DNA of 64,000 nucleotides. It comes from Microthyrium microscopicum. Its lineage: Eukaryota. This document shows positions 1-12,244 of the stretch, one piece after another; position 1 is the stretch's first letter; each line of letters opens with the position of its first letter. The stretch spans positions 2,204,627 to 2,268,626 of the forward strand of contig MU004230.1 of the NCBI GenBank assembly GCA_010405405.1. The letters run 5' to 3'. A program made the translations under genes and the position numbers. The notes below the pieces were generated by a model. It was not told the origin of the DNA. It saw only the letters and a program-made list of their open reading frames with translations, and did no database searches.

Positions 1-838
1 CTTCCCTACACCGTGTTCGATCGAAAAAATCGATCATCAGGACTTTGTATAGATTCCAATGGGGCTGCGAGAAGCGAAGCGTATGCACGTTTTTCATGTT
101 GGCAATGGCCAGTCGAAGTAAATCGATAGTTCGGCGATCAGTCGAGAGCGTCTGGCGGCCTGAACAAGACCACACCAAGTCGCTGAACAACTCTGGTATC
201 GGCAGATGACAACGATGGGTAACAATACGAACATTCTCTGCGAGATCCGGCCGCGTTGAAAGTAGATAGAGCTTTCGTATCAAAGGAGTATCGTCGTGTT
301 GATCCATACCAAGCACATTTGAGGAACCCGTAAGCGAAGCATATCGACTGTCTCGTCGACGCCTCTCATTATCTGCGACTTCTGCAGGACCCAACGGGTT
401 TAAGTCCCATGACGGATAAACTCCACGGTTGCCGTTGGTTACATCGCCGAAGGGAGCTCGACTGGCTCTGCGAGGGTTCGCGCTTGTTGGCGCCTCCGGG
501 CCAAACACCAGTGGGATACCTGGGAGGGAGTCGGCGTCAAGATCCTTCTCTGGAGCCACATCAGGTCGATAGTCGTATTTGTCAAGATCTCGACGAGGAG
601 AGCAATCGTCCACGAGATCTAAATGATGCCAAATGATAGCTTCGGCATATGGATGAAGATGAGCGCATGTTAAGTTGATCGATTTGAGGGTGTTGCGAGA
701 TAGGTATGAGAAGATAGAACTAAGAATCTCTGATGGTAGCCGAGTGATGTTAAGTTTGCTCTTGGGTGAGGTTGAGGACTCGTCTATGGCGAGATCTGCT
801 AGACCTTCCGACTCGATATTCACTGATGGTGTAGCCAT
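1..838 (-). CDS. F-box domain protein (5' part; runs off the left edge of the window)
   Basis: Manual minus-strand translation from the ATG at 838 (MATPSVNIES...NITRLPSEILSSIFSYLSRNTLKSINLTCAHLHPYAEAIIW) gives an F-box-like motif. The frame stays open toward position 1 (...DQHDDTPLIRKLYLL...VTHRCHLP). It is absent from the ORF track because no stop falls in the window. Confidence 0.8.
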   Translation of the reverse strand, partial: MATPSVNIESEGLADLAIDESSTSPKSKLNITRLPSEILSSIFSYLSRNTLKSINLTCAHLHPYAEAIIWHHLDLVDDCSPRRDLDKYDYRPDVAPEKDLDADSLPGIPLVFGPEAPTSANPRRASRAPFGDVTNGNRGVYPSWDLNPLGPAEVADNERRRRDSRYASLTGSSNVLGMDQHDDTPLIRKLYLLSTRPDLAENVRIVTHRCHLPIPELFSDLVWSCSGRQTLSTDRRTIDLLRLAIANMKNVHTLRFSQPHWNLYKVLMIDFFDRTRCRE

Positions 839-2220
839 GTTTCACATAGCATGAGGTTGATCAGACCAGTGGAAACGGCTCGCTCGAGAATATAAGAAAG
901 CTACAACATCGAGGAACGTAAGAAGGAGTATGCAGAGATTGGAGTTGAGCAGCGAAGAGCATAGGAATGAAGTAGAGTACCTGCAAGAACCATTGATGTG
1001 GCTTGGGAGTAGTCAGGTACATATGTACCCCTCAATCAACAGCCAACGACAACCCCAAGAAGGCGAACTGAAGCATTTGGGCATTTACGAATGAATCAAT
1101 TGGAAAAGGGGTGAATATTGTATCGAGCACAGCTTTTGATATCTCTTCATTGTGGAAATATCACCCTTCTCCAGAACCGAAATTATCATTCAATTGCCCG
1201 CGAATTGACGCGAAAGATGGAGAAGCGTCAAGATAACTGGTATGAGCATGGTCATCATGAGCTGGTCTATTGGACGCGAGAGCTATCATGTAGACCAACC
1301 CGCTGCCGAAATTTATGTCGGCCATTCTGGAGTGTAGTTTTCAGTTTTGATCTCTTATTCACCTCATGTGGTTACCACTAGTATTTTCTGATCCGCTGCT
1401 GATATTTCCTCCTTGTCTACCACGCAACCTCCTGGAAACTAGAAATCCTCCAAAGCAGTGGTGCTGTTCTACCGGTAAGGTTCATACACAGGTAAGTACA
1501 AGCTTCAATAACGGAGAGCCACAATACATACTGAACAAACGTTGTTGAGATATCTCAGCCTCTATGTTTGTTAGTATACGGTTCTGAAATAGGGTAATCA
1601 ATAGCTAAAGTACGCTAATGATAATGGCCTTGCTGGCACGAAGACATCATGCATGATATTAGGAAGGTAGCCATAGAGTGCCATGGGAGCCACAACATGG
1701 CTTATTTCAACACAAGATAATATATGACTAGAATTTATCCAGCTTTTGGAGCTACAAGATTTGCGCTACTAAGCATATTGAAGCTTGCCATTTTATCTTT
1801 GTTGATATTCTGACAGGTACATAGACAAATATCCTGTGAATCAGCTTGTGCTATGGGTCACCTGGTGAATTGCTTCATCTTAATGCGCATCAGATGGGAG
1901 ATCACTCGGACGGCAGATTCACAGGGCAGATACTACGATATATCGATTATAATAGCGCAAACATAAATTGAAGCTCGGAGTATTACCCAATTAGGCATGT
2001 GAGATACTTTGGTGGTGGAGGTGTCAAGTTGCCCCGCGGTGATATTGGTACCCCTCATTGGTCTAAACCAAACGAGCATGGATTTGATATTTGGACGGCA
2101 AAGTGTTTGAACTGACGGCCTCGAGAGTTCTTAGAACTTGCATCACCTTACATTTTCTTCGAGCTTATACCTCATCCAATATCCGACTACCCTCTTCCAG
2201 TAACAATCCAGTTCGAAAAC

Positions 2221-2944
2221 ATGGCAGAGGCATCCACAGCTGTGCCTGCTTTGCAAGTCATATATTGCGGAGGTATGTTGCCATGATCACTTCCAGAACT
2301 CGAAACTAATATGATCAGTCTGTTCATTACCACCCGAGGTATTAGCTCCTGAATGACCCTCGTTCGCGAATCCGTCTGATCCATTTTAGTACTGCGAATT
2401 TGGCGGCACCACCAAGAAATGCGAAGACTGGCTCAAAGAAAATGAGCCAGAAATGCACGAAGAGATCTACTCCGAAGGTACATACTCCACCCATCCTCCA
2501 CCCACCCATATCTAAAAGACATCTCACATAGAAGCGCTCGCCGCAAACATGACCAACCTTTCCGTCGCCGCCCAAGAACGCGCTGAAAAAGACGCTGCCA
2601 AAAAAGCCGCCAAAGCATCTGCCGCAGAGTCCCGCGAAGCCGAGAAACGCGCCACATCCAAAGTCCTGATCAAGCGCGTAGAGCGCAGCAAGCGCAAGTA
2701 CGTGACAGCGGTGCAAGGACTCGAAGCCTTTGGGCTGGACATTAAAAAGGTGGCGAAGGACTTTGGCAAGAAGTTTGCTACGGGTAGTAGTGTTACGAAG
2801 ATACCGGGCGGTGGGGAAGAGATTACGATACAGGGCGATCTGAGCGCGGAGATTGAGGACTTTGTGCTGGAGACGTGGACGCAGATTCCGGAGGATAATA
2901 TTGAGGTTATAGAAGCTAAGAAGAAGAAAGGCGGAGAGACATGA
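2221..2944 (+). CDS. TMA22: Translation machinery-associated protein 22 (DENR homolog, SUI1 domain), 4 exons
   Basis: Spliced reading MAEASTAVPALQVIYCG|VCSLPPE|YCEFGGTTKKCEDWL... joins the ORF containing KRKYVTAVQGLEAFG and KKFATGSSVTK...EEITIQGD. Three GT-AG introns. Confidence 0.95.
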
Positions 2945-3075
2945 GCTCAGATGAGGAAAGGAGCAGGAGAAACATGAGGTCTAGCATGGTATGGGTATAT
3001 TATGCGATATTTGAAATGCTCGCGGTGGTTTGACTAGGTATGTATATTGGAGTGCCGATGCAATGATGTCCAGCA

Positions 3076-5625
3076 CTATTCATCGTCAACTATATCATCA
3101 TCTGAAAGCACGAGGCCTTCAATCTCCTTCTGAACAGATTCGGAACCTTTAGCAAGAATTCCCACGTTCTTCCGTTTGACCGGAGAGCCGTCAACAGGTT
3201 TATCTGTACTCCACTGTTCTGTGCTCTGACCTGCTGTATCTACTTCTTCCTCTTCTTCGTCATTTGCCATTATAGCAGTGATACCACCAAATGAAACCAC
3301 TTTCTCAAGTTGCTTTAGCAGTGAGGTCTTCGAAGCAGTAGCTCGGCGTTTCTCGATGAAATGCACATATGGAAGTCTCTCAAGTAGAAGCTCACCCTTG
3401 GTTGCGCCTCGTGCCACAAGACTCGTCTCTGTCTCGGAAGTTGAAGCGGCAGTTTGGGATCCCAGTGCCCCGGGAAATTTGGAGTTCTTTTGCCATGTCG
3501 TGACGCTACCCAGCGCTTGTTTTGAACGATTTCGAGCTCGGAGCTCGTCCTCAAACAAGCCATTGCGATACTTGTCATTGAAGAGGTCCACCAACTCCTC
3601 GATCTGTTCTTTCTTCCTCCATAGCCGCAAGGACGTTGGATATAGCATCTGGAATGCACTAGTGCCGCGCCCAGTTTTTCCTCGACCTGCCACATACTCG
3701 GGTGGCGGTGTACTACGCTTCACGGGATGCGGTAGATTGAAGAGTATACCTCGAACGCTGGCATTGAAGCTGATTTCATCCTGGCGTAGAGCATCCGTAG
3801 TGGTGCCTTGAAATGTGTATCTCGACTGGTTCGTGGCGAAACGATCAGGACATAATAGATCCGAGTCTGACAATGAATCCAGACATCCATTGACAGTGTC
3901 CAGAGTGTCTTCATCAGTAAGCCCTGAGCACGAGAGAGCGTAGTTTTCGTGCAGTGCCAGTATAAAAATATGAATATCAGTCCCTAGCTCATTCAGTAGG
4001 CCTTCAACATCTATTTCAGATGCTTTCGGACGTTGGTACTGAGGCAACCATGGAGGTGGTTGTGGTGGAGGTGTATCCGTGGCAGGAGGCAATTCTCTCT
4101 TGTTATACACAACCTTTCCCACTGCATGGAAGATGCCCAAGGTGTTCTCTCGTTGTGTGATCATCTCAAGAGACTGCTTTTCCATGCTGGTAAGCTCTCC
4201 TGCAGCTGCGCCTTTCTTTCCTTTGGTGAACTGGATCTTGCCACTCCAGTCAGCCTCGCCGCCTTTGTGAAGACAGAAGAACTCTAAAGCTGAGACGGCA
4301 CTGCGAATATCGCCAGCTTCAGAGATGTGCTGAAGCACTGCTTGTCCAGGTGCAAATCGTCTCCCGGATCTTCGCGCTTCTTTCTTCAAGATGAGATCCA
4401 ATGCTTTGGACATGAATGTGGGCGCAATCCGGTTGAACTCTATCAGGGTAGTTCCAACATGGTTAATGATCTCAGATCCAAGTAGTCTATGCGCCGTAAA
4501 GCTGTCAGCAGCAGCGGTCGAGGTTGTCAATAGGGATTCTGATATGATCATTATTACGGGCACAACAGGGGCCTGGTTGGATTTCTGAGCGAAAAAGTCA
4601 TCTGTCGATGGCGTTGCTGCAGCCAGAAAATGCAACACAGCCTTTCGGAAACCTTGCACGGCGGAGGATGACTGTGAATACGTATTTGGAAATTCTTCGA
4701 CTAATATGGCATGTCCACCGTGTGTCGTTTCCGCGATTTTGACCTGCCCAGGGCCGAAAAGCTCGAGGGAGCCAAACAAGCTCGTTCTACCCACGAATTC
4801 TTCGAATTGAGAAGCAAGTGACATTCCGGGGTCGGTTGAATCTGGATTGCGCCACTCAGTCAATTTCAGACCAAGTTTTTGGGCAAGTAGTTTTATTGTG
4901 GTAGTTTTTCCAGTTCCTGCGCCTCCCTTTAGAATCAGTAGCCTCTCCCGGCCTTTTCCAGAAATTGTGCGAGTCAGCCAATCGCGAACATCCTGAACCT
5001 TCCTCTTGTGTACTGCGACCTCATCAAGGTCCACGGGACCATACTGCTCTGTCCAGGGTCTCTTTTCTTGCTTCGCGATAGCTTGCGGAGCACCGAAAGG
5101 CTGACTTCCTGGTCCATTTGAGCCTGCCTGACTTGGTAGAAACTTCTGGGATGCTGGAGGTCGACCATTACTATCACCATTCACTGGAGTAATCTTCCTC
5201 CTCTTCACAGAAGCAATGGAGTATGCAAATGACGAGACATTGCCATCTTCATCTGAGGAATCAACAATCAAGTCGTCCTCAAGATCAATGCCCTGAACCG
5301 ATCCTTTATCGGGGCTTACAGATCGCTTGAGACTCTGTCTTTGGGTAGCGTTGTTGAAGAACGAATGTATGGTCTTGTTTTTGCTTGCGGGCGAATTTGT
5401 ATTAGATCTCGGTTGGGGAGGTTTGGCTTTCCGCGTTGGAACCGCTCTACGAACGGGGAGTGATGCCTTTGTGGATTTGGTAGGCGATTCTGCTCCAGTG
5501 GTGCCGGATTTGTTCAATGCTGCTCGAGCAAATGCTGCTTGAATGCTTCCCTTGGGAGTTTCGGGACTCGATGGTCCTTTGTTCTCCTCATCAGACTCAA
5601 CTACAGCCCGCTTCCGCCGAGCCAT
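3076..5625 (-). CDS. RAD17: Checkpoint clamp-loader subunit Rad17 (S. cerevisiae Rad24)
   Basis: 849-aa ORF with PWTEQYGP...VAVHKRKV, Walker A GGAGTGKT, ILVEEFPN, GDIRSA and LGIFHAVGKVVYNKR, all typical of Rad17. Confidence 0.95.
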   Translation of the reverse strand: MARRKRAVVESDEENKGPSSPETPKGSIQAAFARAALNKSGTTGAESPTKSTKASLPVRRAVPTRKAKPPQPRSNTNSPASKNKTIHSFFNNATQRQSLKRSVSPDKGSVQGIDLEDDLIVDSSDEDGNVSSFAYSIASVKRRKITPVNGDSNGRPPASQKFLPSQAGSNGPGSQPFGAPQAIAKQEKRPWTEQYGPVDLDEVAVHKRKVQDVRDWLTRTISGKGRERLLILKGGAGTGKTTTIKLLAQKLGLKLTEWRNPDSTDPGMSLASQFEEFVGRTSLFGSLELFGPGQVKIAETTHGGHAILVEEFPNTYSQSSSAVQGFRKAVLHFLAAATPSTDDFFAQKSNQAPVVPVIMIISESLLTTSTAAADSFTAHRLLGSEIINHVGTTLIEFNRIAPTFMSKALDLILKKEARRSGRRFAPGQAVLQHISEAGDIRSAVSALEFFCLHKGGEADWSGKIQFTKGKKGAAAGELTSMEKQSLEMITQRENTLGIFHAVGKVVYNKRELPPATDTPPPQPPPWLPQYQRPKASEIDVEGLLNELGTDIHIFILALHENYALSCSGLTDEDTLDTVNGCLDSLSDSDLLCPDRFATNQSRYTFQGTTTDALRQDEISFNASVRGILFNLPHPVKRSTPPPEYVAGRGKTGRGTSAFQMLYPTSLRLWRKKEQIEELVDLFNDKYRNGLFEDELRARNRSKQALGSVTTWQKNSKFPGALGSQTAASTSETETSLVARGATKGELLLERLPYVHFIEKRRATASKTSLLKQLEKVVSFGGITAIMANDEEEEEVDTAGQSTEQWSTDKPVDGSPVKRKNVGILAKGSESVQKEIEGLVLSDDDIVDDE

Positions 5626-5869
5626 CCTGAGAATGATTTCCGACCGCTATCAGTTCTCATGACTCTATATCGTCCGATCGGGCATTGGCTTGACGGCGTT
5701 CATGCGCTAGAAGGAAGTAGGCTGTTTTAGGGTATTATTTGAGATGTAGATGAGAATTAGTTGCGCAGCTCATACAAGAGAACAAATTGAATTAGGAAGA
5801 AGTGGGAACAAATACAGGTGATGCTTTGCTTTGGGATTTGATAGCATGAGGTCGAAATTCGAGGCCGCT

Positions 5870-5950
5870 ATACCGTTGCCGCGCGGAAAGGATCGCGCTA
5901 AGCACAACGCGCTGTCACGTGTCAGGGGTTAAATTAGTTTAGCGCGTGTT
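5870..5950. promoter_or_regulatory. CGCG (MCB-like) cluster in the divergent RAD17 / coiled-coil gene promoter
   Basis: Several CGCG cores (GCCGCGCGGAAA, TCGCGC, ACGCGC, GCGCGT) within ~80 bp of a short head-to-head intergenic region. Confidence 0.5.
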
Positions 5951-6011
5951 TAGACATTCAATGGACATCCAAAGTTTGTGGGGTCAGAAAAGAGGTTTAC
6001 CAAACGATACA

Positions 6012-7346
6012 ATGGCTTCTCCACCTTGTCCAGTTCCTCTGGTGGAGGATGCGCTTCGACCATATATTCGAAGTCGCCAGGAGGTCCTTCAAATCCGGCA
6101 AGATATCAGCTCTGCCTTGCAGGCTAGAATCGGCAGTCAGATCTCTATAACGCAGCTGATATCAGGCTCTGGAATCCCAGAGTCCGCGGAATCAAGTACT
6201 TCCTCAAGTACGTCTGGCCTGCACAAGCAGTTCTTTGATGCTCTGGCTGCTCATCGCGCCGCTCAAGCGAAATACGAAGCTGCAACCACGGATCTCAAGA
6301 ACCTTCGCCAATTCAGTCGGGACAACCCCACAGCTGCGCCTTCGCAGAATGGAAACGATGTCCAGCGCTACGTCAGATCGGTACGGCAGAGGCAACAGCA
6401 AGAGCGTATGGAAGTGGTCAAAAGAGCGCTAGTGCGACTGGATGAAATGGAGCCTCATGCTGCCAAAGTAGATGTCAAATCAGCCGTGAAGGAGAAACTT
6501 GGACTACCTCCAGATCCTCCATCCATGGCGATAGACCAGGAACACATATCTGGCCAAATCGATGAACTTTCTCTCAAGCTCAAGAAAACCCTACTTCAGG
6601 CCAAATCCGACCTGGCCACATCGAATCAATCGAAACAGCGATCGCAGGAGGAATTGGACAGATTTGGCAAAATCCCGCACGATGTCAGACTAGCGGCCCT
6701 AATGAAAGCTCGACAAGAGCTCATCCAGTGGATCGAAACCGAGCTGAGCAAGGTCTCTGAGGACGAGGAGGAACCGGAGGACGGATTCGAAGATGACCAC
6801 ATTGGACATCAAGACTCTGCGCAAGAAGTACAATTCCAAGTGCAAGGATTATACGAACGATATGTTTCAACTCGACAATCCCTCCTGGACGATATGGAAA
6901 TGGTTGAAACAGGCGCCTTGCCCGATGACCCAATAACCATGCCCAAGCAACCATCCACGCCCGCTGGTCGGAGCAGAGCTGGCACCACACAACCAACGCT
7001 CACAGCATCGGAGCTGTTGGCGGTTCTACCGACGCTTGTGCAGACTTCTCGGGACGAAGCTTCTTTGTTGCAGCGAACTGCATTCTTGCGCAAGCAGGCT
7101 AACATTGCCTCGAGCGAGACTAAGCAAACTGTTCAACGATTGGCTGGAGAGAGCCATCTTGTGCCGCCACAAACAGACAACATTGCTGCGTGGGATGTCG
7201 CGGCGACTGAGTCAACTGAGAAGACACGAGCGTTCGTGAAAGAGCATGTCAAGGCTGGCCTGGATAGCATAGGCCATGCTCGGGAGGTACTGGCAACAAT
7301 CCAAGCAAAAAGGTCCGCACTGGAGCATCTCAAAGGCACGTTATAA
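6012..7346 (+). CDS. Uncharacterized coiled-coil-rich protein
   Basis: Intronless ORF (track start 5946; likely ATG at 6012, MASPPCPVP). Helical, heptad-like composition; no recognisable catalytic motif. Confidence 0.75.
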   Translation: MASPPCPVPLVEDALRPYIRSRQEVLQIRQDISSALQARIGSQISITQLISGSGIPESAESSTSSSTSGLHKQFFDALAAHRAAQAKYEAATTDLKNLRQFSRDNPTAAPSQNGNDVQRYVRSVRQRQQQERMEVVKRALVRLDEMEPHAAKVDVKSAVKEKLGLPPDPPSMAIDQEHISGQIDELSLKLKKTLLQAKSDLATSNQSKQRSQEELDRFGKIPHDVRLAALMKARQELIQWIETELSKVSEDEEEPEDGFEDDHIGHQDSAQEVQFQVQGLYERYVSTRQSLLDDMEMVETGALPDDPITMPKQPSTPAGRSRAGTTQPTLTASELLAVLPTLVQTSRDEASLLQRTAFLRKQANIASSETKQTVQRLAGESHLVPPQTDNIAAWDVAATESTEKTRAFVKEHVKAGLDSIGHAREVLATIQAKRSALEHLKGTL

Positions 7347-7472
7347 TGATGATATGATGTCGTATATGATAAACCGAATGTCGCTATGTAGCCATGAAAT
7401 TCACCATTATCACAGCCGTATTCTTCGTCAAATTAAGCACTACCGAGCAACACTAGCAGCCACCCTTCCTCT

Positions 7473-8770
7473 TCATGGCGCCGTAGCAGCAACATAAACC
7501 TCCTTTGCCTTGAATTTATCAACGTCAGGCGGATCCAACAAATCCCTAACATTCCTCACAACCCTCAACTCCACCGCCTTCGTCAACTTCAAATGTCTCC
7601 TCGTCTCCGCATCTGTCGCATCCTCCTCATCCCTCGTCTGCCCCGTCCTCCCATCTTCACTCTCAATCGCACGTTTCTCCGCCTGATACGCCTGATCCGT
7701 CTTCTTTAGCACCGCCTGCATACTAGCCACCACCTTTTCCGCCGCCAGCGCCAACGGCAACTCCGCAGCCTCCACTTCATCCCCACTCACCCAGCCCTGC
7801 ACTCCATCCAATTTCGCAGTTACCGCAGCTTGCCGTAGCCGGGCAACGAGCAGTGCGGCAAACATGTCGCCCGTGCCGGTGAAGTAGACGGGGAAGTAGG
7901 GTACGTCGATGCGGAATACGCGCGCGGACATGTCGCTACGGGCGGTGGAGCCGACAATGGCGATTGTGTCGGTGGCGTCGCTAAGTTTAGTGCTGGTGAC
8001 GAAGATGTGCGGGAGGCGGTACTTGGTATGCATGAGCTGGATGGCGGAGACGAGGGAGGAGGTGTCGGTTATGGTGGTGGAGGTGAGTGTTTCGAGCTCG
8101 AATTGATTGGGGAGGACGAGATCGCAGTCGCGGAGAATGCTGCGGTAGACGGGCGTTTCGGCTTCGGGGACGTAGAGTTTGCCGTTGTCGCCGAGGACGG
8201 GGTCCAGGACTGTGGATTGGTTAGTTTGCTTGTGCTGACGGGGGACAGGAAGCAGTGTGTATATACCCCAGAAGAAGGAACCGGGTTTGATAGATGCTTG
8301 GAGCCGTAGTTCGCGGCCTATGCGGGCTACGGCTTCGACTGCTTCGGCGCTGGGGATGTAGCCTGAGAGCATCATGTCGAAGTTGACGAGGCTGGATTGC
8401 TTGAGACCTTCGTAGAGATCAGAGATCTGATCTGCGGTGGTTTTGGTTCCTTTGATCTGTCGATAACCAGTATGATTACCTATACTGCATCAGTTCGACC
8501 GCTATGAATGAATTGCATGATATCGTCCTACTGTAGTTTACTGTGTTGATAGAAGATACATCGCATCCTAGTGCTTGCATGACGAAAGTTGCCACTTTGT
8601 TGCCGACGTAGCTATGTAAATCAGCGTGGAAGTCTTATTTGACGACTCTCACACGAACCCATAGACGACCTATGAAATTAGTGGTTGAAGACTACGAGCA
8701 ATATAGCACTTACATGACTGGCAATAGCGAGCACGCGAGTTTCAGGAATCAAATCATTAGCTTCTGCCAT
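7473..8770 (-). CDS. BUD16: Pyridoxal kinase (PfkB/ribokinase family), multi-exon
   Basis: Spliced N-terminus MAEANDLIPETRVLAIASH|VVYG|YVGNKVATFVMQALG...SNHTGY, then VLDPVLGDNGKLYV, PNQFE and FTGTGDMFAAL. Confidence 0.93.
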
Positions 8771-9290
8771 AATCCTGCGAGTGGCTACGAGCCCAATTTG
8801 CACCTTCAAAGAACGTATGAGCTGATTCACGATAACGATCAGCTTTCTCAAAGTTTCTTGTACAATAGAATTCATTTAGGAGTGGTGAGGGACTAGGAGG
8901 TTTTGGAATCCCCGCGATCAACATGAGGGAGATATCGGGATATCGATAAGCCGATGTCGTCTTACCGCTGTTTGCGCCTTTCTTAATCAAAACTGACTGT
9001 TTGCTCTAGTAACATTTCGTGAAGCTTGGAGAAGACGAGGTGTTCAGCATTAAATATATTCAACAATTCGAAAGGCAGAGGTCCAATGTTGTAGCTTCAT
9101 TAGAGTGACCACAGGGATCATCTACATGGAATTATCACCAACACAAGTGATACCATGGTTATGCCCAGTACAAACTTTCTATCGTTTCGCCGTCCCGCAT
9201 TCTGTGTTGTTCTTTTCACAGTGTTATTCGTAAACGCTTGTTCCATTAATACAGCACATAGTGATAGCAGACATTCCATCATCGCGTCAT

Positions 9291-10313
9291 CTATTCATCA
9301 TCGCCGATCTAGGACATAGTTAGCCATTGTAGCTATGTTATGGACAAATTCACAAACCTTGGGCGCGAGGTAGAATCGCAGGTAGCTGCTATTGCCGCCG
9401 CTGAGCTCATACTCGACGAGTAGAGGAACTTCGTTGGAGAGGGAGAGTTTGACCTTGCTGGCAAGGCTGGTGGCTTTAGTGAAGTTGACCAGGTATTTTA
9501 GCGAGAAGCTCAAGGCCACGGGCTCAGAAAGATCAATCTCAACGCTCTGCTCTGGCTTATCGACGTTGCTGTGTTGCTTGAGTGTAACGGATCCAGTACC
9601 AATATCACCAGCAGCAGCGAATTTGACACCCTCCTTGGTGCACTCGATGGACACTATGCAGTGGTTAGAGACTACTTAGATTGAGATAAGAAGTATTCGT
9701 ACCAGACTCGGAGATGTTCATGAGATCTTTGCAGATGCGTTGGAACTCGTTGGAAGGCATTGATATGGAGGCAGCATACTCGGTCTCTGGGATACCCAGG
9801 TGCTCCTGATCAATGTCCATGAGTTTGAGATCGTACTCGCTGATACGGTCCTTCTCTGAGCTCTCGAAGACCAGATTGACGACATCGGGTGCATCTTCAG
9901 CCTTGAGAGTAAGGATATCCGATGATTGTGCGGCGCGTAGGACTTTGGTTAGGGAGCTGAGGTTGATACCAAGCGCAATGTTGCGATCGCATCGGTATGG
10001 AGAAAATGCTTCAGCCTTGAGCATCATGGAAACGAGGGCAACGTGGGAGTTGTCCATGGCTTGTAGCGCAATGCCAGAGTCATTGCAGTCGAAGTTGCAA
10101 TCATTGACGAGTCCGGAGATGGCCTCGACAACTGTCATTGATTAGCCATAGATATTCTTTATATTTTACGCAGGCTGAGGAGGATATATAGGTGATCGCA
10201 GCATAAATGAATAGCTCACCTTTCTTCAGGAGGTCGGCCTGTTCTAGACGTGATTCAAGCACTAGATCAACGGGTCAGAGATAGAAATACCAAGAGGCTG
10301 AAATGGACTCACT
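9291..10313 (-). CDS. POL30: Proliferating cell nuclear antigen (PCNA)
   Basis: [19 protein letters not shown]...[12 protein letters not shown]...YRCDRN...[11 protein letters not shown]...[13 protein letters not shown]. Four introns; the first lies inside the start codon (A at 10313, TG at 10261-10260). Confidence 0.98.
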
Positions 10314-10518
10314 GATGAATGGTGGTGGTTTTGAGAGTTGAGTGGGCAAAAGGACGAGAGACAAGCTGGGTTCTTAGTGGTGCGAGAAAAGAGTTTTGAT
10401 ATGCGATGCGCTAGTATAATCAGGCTTCCGGAAAACTGTTTGTTTAAGAAAAGCGGTTTGTCGATGGCAAAGTCGAGGATGAAATTTGGAGGAGAGGTTT
10501 GAGAGGTTTGAGTGGAAA

Positions 10519-10552
10519 ACGCGTGAAGCAACAGAGGCGCGTGGTTTCGCGT
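10519..10552. promoter_or_regulatory. MCB (MluI cell-cycle box) elements upstream of PCNA
   Basis: ACGCGT at 10519-10524, GCGCGT at 10537-10542 and TTTCGCGT at 10545-10552, about 200 bp upstream of the PCNA start. These match the known MBF-binding consensus for G1/S genes. Confidence 0.7.
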
Positions 10553-11027
10553 TTTGAACGCTTTGGCCAACTTGCCCCGCGCTCTAACAGACCCTGCCTT
10601 CTGCAATTGGATCTACAGGATGGTATATCCTCAAAATCATGTTAACAACCATCTATACCTCATGTCAAACTTACTAGCCATGGACGTTGACGTTGAGGGA
10701 GACCTTCTACAGCATTCGAGGTCAAAAATACTCGCCAAATCGAAACCCCGCACATGATGTTCGATTTACGACAGCATAGTCACAATGTCTATAAGACCAG
10801 CACTGGAGTCTTTGACTTGGGAGCTGATTTTTATCACCTGGCCTACTTGTGATTTATCCATTTCATCTTCTAAGGTATGGGAGATATCTAATGTTTCTGA
10901 GCACCAGTGTGAGGACAATCGAGTGACCCATTGCATATCTCATATGCAACACCGAACCCAGATATGCTTGATGCTTTTGAAAACGTCCCATATAATATTC
11001 GTGATGTGCATGTCTCATATGCTGTGC

Positions 11028-11722
11028 CTACATGGCCATACTATTCTGGTCTCCCTCTTCAGCACCCTCCTCATCCCTAGATCGCTTCGATTGCGAGGCT
11101 CCTTGCTCTTCATTGCCAACTCTTTTCACGCCAGTCCGTTGATCACTGAATTGTTGCCAGTAAGAAGGTACATAAACGTCCATGAAATGAGTAAATGGTT
11201 CTCCTCGTAGCGCCCATCCCTTGATACCACCATCCAGCACGAAGACCTGCGGTGTCGGTGGCATCTCCATCATTTGACATCGCTCCTGAACATAGTCCAT
11301 AAACCAGCCCGCACATCGAGGACCACGGCCATTCGAGGATCCTAAAGTTAGGCATTAGATCTATCAACAAGGATTTGATAGGGCTCCCATAGCTTACCAC
11401 AGTAAAACACAACTCTGCTAATAACAGCCAACCCATCCCCAGCACAAAGTCTAAAAAGCGTCGACATATTCAATGGAAAGCTCTGCGCCGGCAAATTCAA
11501 GCTCCCTCTAATCGTCCCACCCTCGTAATCCGTCCGTCGAACATCAACTAGCAATGTGCCAGCATTCAGGAGATCTCCAAGGATCATAAATTGCCGCACC
11601 AGTTGCTGTGGGTCCATCAGCGGCGCAACGCTGCGGGGCTGAGGGAACTGTGATGCTGGATCGTTGGGCGCGACCATCTTGGACGATGGCGCCACCGGCT
11701 TTGGCACAAAGTTTTGATTCAT
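11028..11722 (-). CDS. Cdc25-like rhodanese-domain phosphatase / arsenate reductase (Ibp1/Ych1/Acr2 family)
   Basis: LLVDVRRTDYEGGTIRGSLNLPAQS. Splicing one intron (~11341-11397) gives the CX5R loop FYCGSSNGRGPRC, followed by VFVLDGGIKGW. The start at MNQNF (11722) is inferred. Confidence 0.88.
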
Positions 11723-12244
11723 GGCTTGTGGGATTTGGACTGGAGTTTGTGGTTGTTGGAAGTCGCTGGGGGTGGATTGTGGGGGATAGGTAGTGGGGAG
11801 GTTGTGGAGCTGGGATAGATAATTGACTTGGTCTTCGTTTAGTGGGATCGTTGGTATAAAGGTTAAAAATAATGCTTGCGGTTGAACGGCCCAGGCTGGT
11901 GAGATTGATGCTATTAATACGTTCTTGACTGGGGTAACAGAAAATCGGCTGGGCTGGGCTTTTGTATGGGTTGCTTGGGTAGAGGACCTGTCGTGTACGC
12001 TAGAGTTTGTTTCGAAATATGTTGCACTGGAGTTTGAAGATCTATGCTGTTTCACAAAACATTGTGTTTCCCCAAAGTGCATAGAGTTTGGAAACTGCAT
12101 GCAGTCAATGGGGCGCAAAGGCTGAATATAGATAGGACCTGACTCAAGAGACGTTATATTCAAACACAGGAACAAAATAGATTCAGGGGTATTATGCTCT
12201 AGGTATAAAACGTCTAGATGTAAAAACGCTAAGATATCAACATG

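Noticed and set aside
11723..12175. N-terminal extension of the 275-aa rhodanese ORF
   Set aside because: It has a non-ATG start and reads like promoter/5'UTR sequence; the homologous domain begins downstream.
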